DNA from: Bdellovibrionales bacterium
Lineage (GTDB): Bacteria > Bdellovibrionota > UBA1018
Length of the DNA: 64,000 nt
Reading direction: 5' to 3'
Assembly (NCBI GenBank): GCA_016786465.1
Contig: JAEUWC010000029.1
Location: 82,363 to 146,362 of the forward strand
The notes under the pieces are model-generated. The model ran no database searches and was not told the origin of the DNA. It saw only the letters and a program-made list of their open reading frames with translations. This document shows, in pieces, positions 28,289 to 38,000 of the stretch. A program made the translations under genes and the position numbers. How positions within the stretch are numbered: the first letter of the stretch is position 1; every line of letters starts with the position of its first letter.

Positions 28289-28326
28289 TGCCAAGATTTG
28301 ATTGTCACCCAGGATTTCGGCTTTGG

Positions 28327-29475
28327 CTAGATTTCTTGGGCTAACGCATCGTGGAAGTCGGGACGAAAAGCGCGGATCTTGTCATTGTCCCGCGTCGGAT
28401 GAACGCGGTTGGAAAGCAGGGCGACCGCCAATCCGCTGTCGGGGTCGATCCAAAAAGAAGTCCCGGTAAATCCCAAGTGTCCGACACTTTGCCTAGAAAA
28501 ATGACTTCCCAAAGACGGACGTGCGCCACTGGGCATGTCCCATCCCGGCGTTCGATGCGAATCAGCAGGTCCCCAGGGCGGAGTCACGGCCGCCCAGGCA
28601 ATCCTTCGTGTCGATTCTGGAAGAAAGCCGGCCAAATGCTTCTGACCAAAGATCATTAAATCCCGAAGATCGGAAAAAACGCCGGCGTGGCCCGATACCC
28701 CACCCATCGACCAGCAGTTATCGTCATGGACTTGGCCTTGAAGTACAGCGCCGCGCCAAGGACATCTTTCGGTCGCGACATAGCGTGAAGGCGATTTTTC
28801 AGAACCGCCTGTTTCTTCGGCGGGGCCCGTGATGCGGCGGTAATGCGCGGTTTTGATTCCCATGGGTTCCCAAACCCATTCGCGTACTGCCTGATCCAAC
28901 GGATGGCCGCAAACTTCTTCCAGGACGAACCCCAAGGTCATCATCGTCAGATCGGAATAGACGAACTTTTCACCTGGCTTCGTCACCAAGGGTTGGGCGA
29001 AAACCAGTTCACGCATCCACTTCTGACGCTGTTCAAACGAAACTTCCCAAAGGGGCTTTCCGGTCGCCGCGGCGTTCGCTTTCAAAGTTTCGTAAAACGA
29101 ATTCCACCAAAGCTGCCCACTGCTATGCGCCGCCAGGTGCACGACTTGAACATCGGGATGGGGAAAATCTTCCAAAATACTGGAAACCGGGGTTTCCCAA
29201 TCCAGCCAACCCTTTTCAACCATCACCGCAAGCAGGGTCGCCGTGCTGAAAACTTTTGAAACCGAAGCGATGTCAAAGGTGGAATCTAGCGCCAATTCTT
29301 GTGGGCTGGGTTCGACCCTGGCCTGACCTAAAACGAAAGCCTGGGCGGGTTCGTTGGGTTTTTTCGCATCAAAGAAGCCCGCGACAAATCCTGGCGCGAC
29401 CCCTTCTGAAATTCCCCGCTTCAGCACTTCCCAGGTTTTTGGAAAGCGCTTGGGGGATGCCAGTTCCATTTGCAT
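28327..29475 (-). CDS. Serine hydrolase, beta-lactamase/PBP-like family, apparently cytoplasmic
   Basis: 382 aa. SxxK motif SVSK. No signal peptide. Zero-nt gap to the upstream gene's stop. Confidence 0.7.
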   Translation of the reverse strand: MQMELASPKRFPKTWEVLKRGISEGVAPGFVAGFFDAKKPNEPAQAFVLGQARVEPSPQELALDSTFDIASVSKVFSTATLLAVMVEKGWLDWETPVSSILEDFPHPDVQVVHLAAHSSGQLWWNSFYETLKANAAATGKPLWEVSFEQRQKWMRELVFAQPLVTKPGEKFVYSDLTMMTLGFVLEEVCGHPLDQAVREWVWEPMGIKTAHYRRITGPAEETGGSEKSPSRYVATERCPWRGAVLQGQVHDDNCWSMGGVSGHAGVFSDLRDLMIFGQKHLAGFLPESTRRIAWAAVTPPWGPADSHRTPGWDMPSGARPSLGSHFSRQSVGHLGFTGTSFWIDPDSGLAVALLSNRVHPTRDNDKIRAFRPDFHDALAQEI

Positions 29476-30720
29476 CTAGATGACGGCTCCTTCAGGAATC
29501 AGATTACCAGAAAGAAACCGATCCCGCGAAAAGGGCTGAAGATCCAGAGTCAGGTACTTCCCCTTCGCCATTTTTTCGGCCAAGCCTAAGCCCACCGAAT
29601 AGCTGTGCATCACGCCATGCCCCGAAAAGGAATGGCAGTCGTACAGGCTTCCCGGCAAAATTCCGACACCTTGAACTTCGCCGATGATCGCCGAATGATC
29701 CGGAGAATTTTCGTAAAGCCCCGCCCACCCCGTCAAATGCTTCAATTTTTCAAAGCCCGAAGATCTTTCGTACAGTGCCGGCCAAATTTTTTCGGTGAAA
29801 AAATCTTCGCCTGGATATTGGAAGGAATAGCCTTCAGGGTCGTCCGGCGATGCGATACCCGCCATTCCGTTTGAAGCTTCAGGGTGAAAGTAAACGCCAC
29901 TGGGATCCACCGTCATTCCATAGGGGCTTAGGTCAACGTCCCGGCTATCGAAAACGCAAACATGCCTGCGAACGGCAACCGATGGGCAATCGTATCCCAA
30001 AATCTTGGCCACCTGTTTGGCCCAGGCTCCGGCTGCGTTCACGACGCGTTTTGCGGTAAATTCCGTGATGGCGCCCACCTGGCCGATGGCCTGGTTGGGT
30101 GATGAAGTCAAAACTTCTTCTTTGAAAGCCCCGGAAAGGACTTTCGGAAAAGTGCGAAACTTCAACTTCCAGCCTTTAGAAGAAGCCTGATATTCGGCGC
30201 CCACCAGCTGGGTTCGATCCAAAAAGCGCACGCCTTTTTCGCGCGCACGCGCCCGGTAATAGTTCTTCAGCAAATTGGGATTGATCAGGCCGTCTTTCGG
30301 AGCAAAACAGGCTCCGACCAAGTCATCGGTCTTATCAATGAAAGGCGCTTTTTTTCGAAGCTGGCCTAAGTCCCAGTCCTGAACTTCCCAGCCTTCGGCC
30401 AATTGAACCTGCATGGCTTTTCTGAAGCCTTCTTGTGCGTCTTTGGAAACCAGCCAAAGATAGCCGCAATCGCGGTAGCCGAATTCTTCCCGGTGCTTGG
30501 AAAAAAAATCGATCGAAACTTTGGACGCCTGAATGTTCAGCGGTTGCTGAAAAGTGGCACGAACGCCGCCGGCGTTCAGTTCAGAAGAACTTAAAGTCCC
30601 TTCCAAATCAAAATCGATGACCGTGACTTCGGTGGATCCCAGCGCGGCCAAATGCCAGGCCAATGATGATCCCACCAGCCCTGCTCCGACGACCAAGGTT
30701 TCGGAATGGTCGGTGTTCAA
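29476..30720 (-). CDS. FAD-dependent oxidoreductase (DAO / D-amino-acid or sarcosine oxidase-like family)
   Basis: 414 aa with a TTG start preceded by GGTGA. Dinucleotide-binding motif VVGAGLVGSS. Confidence 0.7.
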   Translation of the reverse strand: MNTDHSETLVVGAGLVGSSLAWHLAALGSTEVTVIDFDLEGTLSSSELNAGGVRATFQQPLNIQASKVSIDFFSKHREEFGYRDCGYLWLVSKDAQEGFRKAMQVQLAEGWEVQDWDLGQLRKKAPFIDKTDDLVGACFAPKDGLINPNLLKNYYRARAREKGVRFLDRTQLVGAEYQASSKGWKLKFRTFPKVLSGAFKEEVLTSSPNQAIGQVGAITEFTAKRVVNAAGAWAKQVAKILGYDCPSVAVRRHVCVFDSRDVDLSPYGMTVDPSGVYFHPEASNGMAGIASPDDPEGYSFQYPGEDFFTEKIWPALYERSSGFEKLKHLTGWAGLYENSPDHSAIIGEVQGVGILPGSLYDCHSFSGHGVMHSYSVGLGLAEKMAKGKYLTLDLQPFSRDRFLSGNLIPEGAVI

Positions 30721-30724
30721 GGGA

Positions 30725-31651
30725 TCACCACATCATCTGAGAAAAGGATTCAGCAATCACCTTGGGCTGCCCCGATTCTTCTCCGACATAAAGAATTTTG
30801 GTTCCACGTGATCGATGCCCCACGCCACCGTTTTTCAGGGTTGATTTATAATTCTGGGTGAAGGTCACCATCGAATACTTGGGATGGCGATAGTAGTGAA
30901 CTTCTTCAGGCCCCACCGAAATCGTCGCATAACGATCGATCAAACTGGCTTTGAACTTTTTGTATGCCGCCTTGTTCATTCCGTTGTTTGAAAAATCGGA
31001 ATGATACTGCTTGATGTAGGCTTCGATGTCGCGGGATTCCCAAGCCGAAACCCAGGCATCGAAGAATTTCTTCAGCGGTTCATAAAGCCCTGGCTTCATG
31101 TATTCGTCCGTCAGTCCTGGCGTTTCAGGAAAAATTAGAATCGGGGTCAAACCCGGGCGAATGTAAGGTTCGATCTGTTTGATTTCTTCATTTTTCACAA
31201 CCACACAACCTTCGCTGTCGTAATCCTGCTTTAAGCGCGTGGGTTCGTCTGTGGCGTGCAACATGATATCAAAACCCGTTCGACCCGCGATTGCGTCATA
31301 GGTGTTCGGATAATTGATATAAAATGCCATCGCGCCAAACTTGGGCTTGATCGAAGGCGGGTAAAGTTTTTGTTTGAAGGTGTAAATCCCTTCGGGCGTT
31401 TTCAAATCGCCTTCGTCTTCCTTGTCGCCCTTCACTTTGCCCAAGGTCGCATGAAAAACCTGAACGGGTTTGAATTCTCCCTGAACGTATTCGGCGATGG
31501 TCAATTGGTTGGTTTTCTTGTCGACCAAAATAGCGGTCTGCGCCTTCTTGGTCTTGCCGGAGGCCGAAACGTCCGCAGCGGTTAGGGCCGCTGTGGCGAC
31601 CACGAAAAGCACGAAAAACGGGGCGCCAGTCAGCGCAAATGGGATTCGCAT
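30725..31651 (-). CDS. L,D-transpeptidase (YkuD domain) with C-terminal NTF2/SnoaL-like region
   Basis: 308 aa with a signal peptide. Catalytic block MLHATDEP...SEGCVVV. The C-terminal region begins FFDAWVSAWESRDIEAYIKQYHSDF. Confidence 0.7.
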   Translation of the reverse strand: MRIPFALTGAPFFVLFVVATAALTAADVSASGKTKKAQTAILVDKKTNQLTIAEYVQGEFKPVQVFHATLGKVKGDKEDEGDLKTPEGIYTFKQKLYPPSIKPKFGAMAFYINYPNTYDAIAGRTGFDIMLHATDEPTRLKQDYDSEGCVVVKNEEIKQIEPYIRPGLTPILIFPETPGLTDEYMKPGLYEPLKKFFDAWVSAWESRDIEAYIKQYHSDFSNNGMNKAAYKKFKASLIDRYATISVGPEEVHYYRHPKYSMVTFTQNYKSTLKNGGVGHRSRGTKILYVGEESGQPKVIAESFSQMMW

Positions 31652-31654
31652 TTT

Positions 31655-32380
31655 CTACTTAGTCGCGTTCATTCGGAACTGCCAAACTCGGCCCAGGGCT
31701 TCGAAAACGATTCGACGGTTCATCTTGGATTTTCCGACTTTTCGGTCTTCGAAAACAATCGGAAATTCCGTCATGCGGTACTTCTTTCGGAAAGCTCGGT
31801 ACTTCAGTTCAATTTGAAACGAATATCCGTCGGAACGCAACGTTTCCAAAGAAACGTTCTGCAGTACTTCACGACGCCACCCGTTAAAGCCCCCGGTAAA
31901 GTCCCGAATCCCTGCTCCTAAAATCAAACGGGAATAAAGGCTGCCCCCGCGACTCAAAATTCGACGACCCAGACCCCAATTCACAGTTCCTCCGCCGGGC
32001 ACATAACGTGAACCGATGGCGACATCATGGGTTTCCAGACGCTTCAGCATTTCAGCCAAATATCTAGGGTGATGAGAAAAATCCGCGTCCATTTCAATCA
32101 ACGCATCAAAGGGTTGACCGTCTTGGGCTTTCGCGTTCAGGCCCCATTTGAAGCCGTTCACATACGCGGTGCCCAGGCCCATCTTTTTTTCCCGATGCAG
32201 GACATGAAGCCTGGGATTGGACTTTTTCAGTTCGTCGACACGCTTGCCGGTTCCGTCAGGGGAACCGTCATCGACAATCAGCATTTCGACCGTTGAAGGC
32301 ACGACCGCAAAGACTTCACCGATCAGTGAAGCGATGTTTTCGATTTCGTTATAGGTCGGAACGACGATCAGAAACCGCAT
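31655..32380 (-). CDS. GT2 polyprenol/dolichol-phosphate mannosyltransferase-like glycosyltransferase
   Basis: Motifs VVPTYNEIENI, IVDDGSPDGT and DADFSHHP. The ATG at 32380 overlaps the ssb stop (TGATG). Confidence 0.75.
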   Translation of the reverse strand: MRFLIVVPTYNEIENIASLIGEVFAVVPSTVEMLIVDDGSPDGTGKRVDELKKSNPRLHVLHREKKMGLGTAYVNGFKWGLNAKAQDGQPFDALIEMDADFSHHPRYLAEMLKRLETHDVAIGSRYVPGGGTVNWGLGRRILSRGGSLYSRLILGAGIRDFTGGFNGWRREVLQNVSLETLRSDGYSFQIELKYRAFRKKYRMTEFPIVFEDRKVGKSKMNRRIVFEALGRVWQFRMNATK

Positions 32381-32901
32381 CAAAATGGAATGTCGTCTTC
32401 GGTGAAGCTAGGCTCGGACAATGGCCCGCGCTGAGGCGAAGCTTGTCCAAAATTTTGATCGCCGCCGCTGAAACTTCCGTGGGCTGGAGCGCCGAAATCA
32501 GCGCCACCGGCGGATGGTCCGCCGAAGCTTTGTCCGGACGACTGACGGGGACCGGCTTCTGCGCCAGCACCTGCGCCGGCACCTAGGAACTGAATGGTCT
32601 GTGCTTGAACTTCGGTCGTGTACTTGGTCTGACCGTCTTTGTCTTGCCACTGGCGGGTTTGCAAACGTCCTTCGACGTAAGCTTGCCGACCTTTGCTCAA
32701 GTACTGCTGGCAAAGTTCCGCAAGCTTACCCCAAACGACCACACGGTGCCATTCGGTGCGCTCTTGCTTCTGGCCGCTTTTATCGGTCCAAGATTCATTG
32801 GTTGCGACACTAAAATTCGCTACCGCTGCCCCCGATGGCGTGTAACGAACTTCTGGGTTTTGGCCCAAACGACCGACTAGAATCACCTTATTGACTGACA
32901 T
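32380..32901 (-). CDS. ssb: Single-stranded DNA-binding protein
   Basis: 173 aa. OB-fold N-terminus [24 protein letters not shown], a Gly-rich linker and the acidic tail DDIPF. Confidence 0.9.
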   Translation of the reverse strand: MSVNKVILVGRLGQNPEVRYTPSGAAVANFSVATNESWTDKSGQKQERTEWHRVVVWGKLAELCQQYLSKGRQAYVEGRLQTRQWQDKDGQTKYTTEVQAQTIQFLGAGAGAGAEAGPRQSSGQSFGGPSAGGADFGAPAHGSFSGGDQNFGQASPQRGPLSEPSFTEDDIPF

Positions 32902-32975
32902 CCCGTGGATTCCCCCTGCTAAAACTGATTCATGATTGAATTGACGTAAGCCTTAGCGTTACGCGCTTGGATCTG

Positions 32976-33440
32976 TCAAGTTTGCGTTACTTGGGCTGGT
33001 TTTTCCGCCGAGGGGGGCTGTGGAAGTGGCTCTTGGGCCGGCACTTCCACACCTAATTCTTCAAATTTCTGAGCCCAAAACCGGGCCACTTCGGCCTTGG
33101 CTTGGGGGACATTGGTCATGGCTAAAAAGGGGTCAAAACCGCAGTGCGGGCAGCGCGAATGGCGACGGATTCGCAGACGATAGGACACTTCAAAAAGCGT
33201 CCAAAATGGAACGAACGAAACCAATCCCTTCCAGCCAAACCAGTGGAAAGTTGCCAAAGTGAAGACCGCAGTCGTTAGCCCAATCCGAACCCAATGAATC
33301 GGTCGATTCAGATTCCAATCCAGTTTCAACTTCCGGGGAACTTCACAGATGGCGCAGTAGAAAGACCAGATCGGCCCTGTCTTGGGCTTTACCAACTGCT
33401 TCCAAATTTCGGGTTCGAGCCCCGGCTTTTCAGCGCTCAT
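32976..33440 (-). CDS. Membrane protein with split CxxC...CxxC motif, hypothetical
   Basis: 154 aa. CAIC and CPHC motifs flank two hydrophobic helices. Confidence 0.45.
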   Translation of the reverse strand: MSAEKPGLEPEIWKQLVKPKTGPIWSFYCAICEVPRKLKLDWNLNRPIHWVRIGLTTAVFTLATFHWFGWKGLVSFVPFWTLFEVSYRLRIRRHSRCPHCGFDPFLAMTNVPQAKAEVARFWAQKFEELGVEVPAQEPLPQPPSAEKPAQVTQT

Positions 33441-33509
33441 CCCTAAAACAGTAACATTCTTTTTTGCGTCAAACGACAGTCAGTAACTTGACGTGCTATA
33501 TTCACAATC

Positions 33510-34886
33510 ATGAATATCGTATCGACCCATCCTAGCCTACCCGTCCTGACGGGTTCCGGCGTGTTTCCGCAGGCTTGGAAGAACTGGGCGGATGACTGCA
33601 TTCCGCAGTACGTGAAGGACGAATTTTCTCCGAAGGAAAGTTGGAAGGGAAAACCCTTCACCGAAGTCGATGCCCGGTTCTTTTTCAAAGGGGTTGAAGA
33701 ACTTTCTATGCGATTCACGGAAGATCGTTCACGCGATATGCCGGGTTACTTTTCGCACGCAAAGTTTCGATCCAGTTACTTGTTGTACTTTCTTCCATTG
33801 CAGGCCGCTAAAGCCTTGGTCCTTTTGGCCCGCCACCACCAGGCTTGGCGCCGCATCCGTGAATCGGTCCGGGAAGCGGTGCCCGCCGCGGGCCGTAAGC
33901 TGGTGTTCTGGGACCTGGGTTCTGGCCCAGGAACTTTTTCGCAAGCCGCGCTGATGCACCTTTCAGAAATCTGGACGAAAGAAAAGCCATGGGCGGATTC
34001 CATCGAGCTTCACTGGTGGGACACGCAATCCAAGACAATGACCGACGGCCAAGTCCTGACCGAAAAACTTTTGGGGCTTCTGCCGATTCCAGAAGGCCAC
34101 GCGCAGTTCGCCGGCGGAAGTCTTCCGGTTTGGAACTGGAAAGAAAAAGTTCGGGTGATTCGCCATCCCGATCCCTGGTGGAAAGCCATTCAAGATCCGT
34201 CAAAGCCTGATCTGATTTTGTGCGGCCACGTTCTGAATGAAGGAAGCCATGAAAGCGTTCGGCGAAGCCTGCCGGAAATTTTTTCGCGCGCAGGTGCCGG
34301 AGGAATCTTTCTGGTCGAGCCCGCCGATCGGCGGTCTTCCCAAATGGTGTCGCAAGTTCGCGCACTGATTTTGGAAGCGGCGGCAATGAACCACGAGGGT
34401 GCCGTTCCCGAAATCTTTGGTCCTTGTCTGCACGCAGGTGCGTGTCCTTTGATCGATGGCCGCGATTGGTGCCATTTTTCAGTGCCCTCGAAGATTCCGG
34501 GAAAGTGGTTTGCGTATCTTTCCAAGGGCCTAGGGTCGGAACGGGAATGGCTGAAGTTTTCTTATGTTTGGATCGGCGGGATTTCGACAGCAAAAGCACC
34601 CAAGGCGCCTTCGGTGCCAGGTGATGCAGACCTTCGTCGCGCCATCAGTGATCCGATGCAAAACACCGCAAGCGGTGGAATGCTTCTTTTGCTTTGCGAG
34701 CCCGAAAAACCCGCACGTGTTCCCACTTTTGTGAAGCGAACTTCGGCGCCCGGTGGTGCGCCGTCAGTCATGCGCGGTGATCTGGTTTCACTTTCGGGCC
34801 GCGTCGGACCGCCTAAGAAAGCTGGGGCAAAGTCATCAGGAAAGAAGCCCGGCTTTGCTGGGAAAAAGAAGAAGCGCTCGGGCTAG
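33510..34886 (+). CDS. Rsm22-like SAM-dependent methyltransferase with Lys-rich C-terminal tail
   Basis: 458 aa. SAM motif VFWDLGSGPGT. Cys cluster CLHAGACPLIDGRDWCHF. Tail KKAGAKSSGKKPGFAGKKKKRSG. Confidence 0.55.
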   Translation: MNIVSTHPSLPVLTGSGVFPQAWKNWADDCIPQYVKDEFSPKESWKGKPFTEVDARFFFKGVEELSMRFTEDRSRDMPGYFSHAKFRSSYLLYFLPLQAAKALVLLARHHQAWRRIRESVREAVPAAGRKLVFWDLGSGPGTFSQAALMHLSEIWTKEKPWADSIELHWWDTQSKTMTDGQVLTEKLLGLLPIPEGHAQFAGGSLPVWNWKEKVRVIRHPDPWWKAIQDPSKPDLILCGHVLNEGSHESVRRSLPEIFSRAGAGGIFLVEPADRRSSQMVSQVRALILEAAAMNHEGAVPEIFGPCLHAGACPLIDGRDWCHFSVPSKIPGKWFAYLSKGLGSEREWLKFSYVWIGGISTAKAPKAPSVPGDADLRRAISDPMQNTASGGMLLLLCEPEKPARVPTFVKRTSAPGGAPSVMRGDLVSLSGRVGPPKKAGAKSSGKKPGFAGKKKKRSG

Positions 34887-35079
34887 GCGGAACCACCGGA
34901 CTGCAAAGCTGTCGGAAGTCCGTCGGATTTCGTTCCCGGGCGGATTGTCGCCGGATCAACACCATTTTTGATGATTTCTGCCGGCTCAACCCAGGTCACT
35001 TCTGACACATGCACAGCATCAAAGAATCATCATATAATCATTAAATTGGGCCGATAAGTACGTCAGTTGGGGGCCGTCC

Positions 35080-38000
35080 ATGTCCATTCGTTTGGGAAGT
35101 CTTTTCCTTTGGGGTTTTGCGGGCTTAGTTTCAATCAGCAGTGCGTTGGGCGCACCCGTCGCCGGCGTCTTCACCTATCAGGGCCGGCTAACGGACCTGA
35201 GTGATGTGCCCGTCGTTGGATCGCAGGCCATGGAATTTGAAATCTATAACCCCGCCGGGACTTGCCTTCTTTACCGAGAAACACAAACGGTAACGACCGA
35301 TTCAAATGGGGTATTTGCCGTCAGTATTGGTGGCGGAACTCGCGCTGCTCCGGACCCTGGTCTTCCCATTGCGTCAGTCTACCAAAACGCCGGCACGAAC
35401 TTGGGTGGCTGTTACACCCCTGGATCCGGTGATATTCGAAATCTTCGAATCGTGGTGAACGGTACCACTTTGACCAACCAAGTTCTGGGTGCAGTTCCAC
35501 AAGCACAGGCCGCAACCTATGCCGACACCGCAGCCACTGCGACTAACGCTACGAATGCGACCAATGCCACCAACGCAACCAACGCCACAAATGCAACGAC
35601 CGCGACGAACCTTCAGGGTTACGTTCCTACGGACTTTCTGGGTTCCGGCCCTGGGCTAGTTGCTTCTGCAAATCTTGCGGCCAATTCAGTGGGCCTAACC
35701 AAGCTGGATAACGGAATCTGCGCGAACGGCGAAGTTTTAAAGAAAGTTGCCGGCGCTTGGGCGTGCGCTGTGGACAATAGCGGCAGCGGCGGATTGACTT
35801 CATTTAACGAAGTCGGCACCACGCCGCTGACGATTGGTGGAACCTTGACCGATCCTACCCTGACCATGACGGCAGCTTCGGCGGGGGTCGATGGATATTT
35901 AACGGGAACGGACTACAACACCTTTGCAGCAAAAGTTTCATCGGTCACAGCAGGCGACGGAACCATTACCATGGCAGGCACAGGAACAGCGCCGACCGTA
36001 AGGGTCGCGGCGGGCGGAATCACTGCGACCCAATTGGCCAGTAACATCGCGATTTCAACCACAGGAAACATTGCTACGACCGGTGCCGGAACCATTTCTA
36101 GCGCCGGCACAATCACCAGCGGCGGACTACTTACCGCATCCAGCGGCGCAAGCGTGACCGGCGGTCTTACCGTCACCAGCGGCGGATTCACCGTCGCGGG
36201 TTCCAGCAGCTTAAACGGAAATCTAACCATGGCCGCAGGGCGGATGGTGACACTGACGGGTGCGACTTCGGGAACCGCCACTTTGACGGTTCCTTCGATT
36301 ATCGCCGCGCCCTACACTTTGACATTGCCCACAGATGACGGTTTGGTCGGCCAGGTCCTTACGACCGACGGAAACGGGCTACTGAGCTGGTCAACAGTCG
36401 CGGTCGGAGCAGGAATCACTTCGTTGGGCGGACAAACCGACGCGGTACAAGGCTTATCGACTTTAAACGATAACACGATCGCGGGACCGACCTGGGATTA
36501 TAACTCGTCGACTCACCGCTTGAAGTACCCGATGGCCAGTGCGGTCGGTGTCAGTGCGGGCCTAATTTCAAAAGCAAACTACGACACGTTTAACAACGCG
36601 GCGACCACGGTTGGAAACGCGACTTCAAACGCAAACCCTTCCACTTTGATGATTCGCGACGCAACCGGACGGGTTCAGATCGCTGACCCGATTTCCGCTT
36701 CAGAAGCGGCTAGCAAGCAGTACGTCGATACCAACCTATCGACTTTGGGCGCTTCGAAACTAGGAACGGCACTGGCTTCCGCTAAAATTTTCGTGGGTAA
36801 TGGCGGCGGAATCGCAACGGAACAAATCCTTTCGGGCGATGCGACTTTGAACAACTCGGGCGCTTTGACCCTGAACAATACGGGAATTACATCGGGGACC
36901 TATACGAAAATCACAATCGATACGAAAGGCCGCGCAACGGCTGGAACGACTTTGGTGGAAGCCGATATTCCGACTTTGACGACCGCAGGCAAGGTTGATG
37001 GCGCCGCAATCACGGGAACCATCGGCGGAGCCGCCGTTATCAACACCACCGGAAACATTTCTGGAAACATTTTAACGGCATCTGGAAACATCAACGCCAA
37101 CAGTGGGATCATCGATACCTCCGGGGTCACTTTGAATATTCGCACTAGCGGAATGCAAAGAATGGCGGTCGGAAACTCGACCGTGACTCTTTCCGGATTG
37201 GGAATCACAACATCTGGATCAGGCGACCTAAAACTGAGCGCTGGCAGCACCGGACGCGTGGTTGTCGAAGACGTAAACGGATTTCGCATCGCAAATGACC
37301 CGACCAATTTCACGAATCTACTTCCGAACGCAGCAGGTGGCGGAATCACTTGGACGCTCCCGAATGCTCAAGGAAGTGCGGGACAGTTTCTTCAAAATGA
37401 TGGAGCAGGAAACCTGAGCTGGGCGACCGCGTCCGGCGGCGGTTCGTCTGCAGGCACCCTGGGCACCGTTCAATTCAGCAACGGAAGCGGCGGATTCTCG
37501 GGCAACACCAGCCTTTTTTGGGACAACGGGATGGCTCGACTTGGACTGGGAACCAGCACTCCGACACAAAGTCTTCATGTTTCAACCGGAAATATTTTGG
37601 TGTCTGCGGGTTACGTGCAGGCGAATAACATAAACAACGGCACTGGCAATATTCTGTTGGGCAACCTGAGCAAACTTGCTGTCGGAAACAGCTCGGGAAC
37701 AACTGCGGGGGTCAATATTGGACCGCTGGCCGGTTCAAGCAACACAATGAACGCGACGACCGCCGTGGGATACCAGGCAATGTCTGGTAACACGACCGGC
37801 GATCAAAACACCGCTATTGGCTATCAGTCGATGATGAACAACACCACCGCAAGCTGGAATACGGCCGTTGGATGGAATTCATTGTCATCCAACACTACGG
37901 GCACCAGCAACACTGCTGTCGGAAACGAAGCCCTAAGAAACACCACCACCAGTGGAAATACCGCAGTGGGTGACATGGCCTTAAGGGCGAACTCGGGCGG

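Noticed and set aside
33808-34599. 263-aa antisense ORF inside the Rsm22-like gene, plus similar long shadow ORFs (47194..48153, 46258..46971, 43897..44571, 4594..5208, 22993..23574, 27218..27784)
   Set aside because: All lie entirely antisense to genes with strong family motifs. Their translations are Arg/Pro/Gly-rich low-complexity sequence typical of shadow frames.
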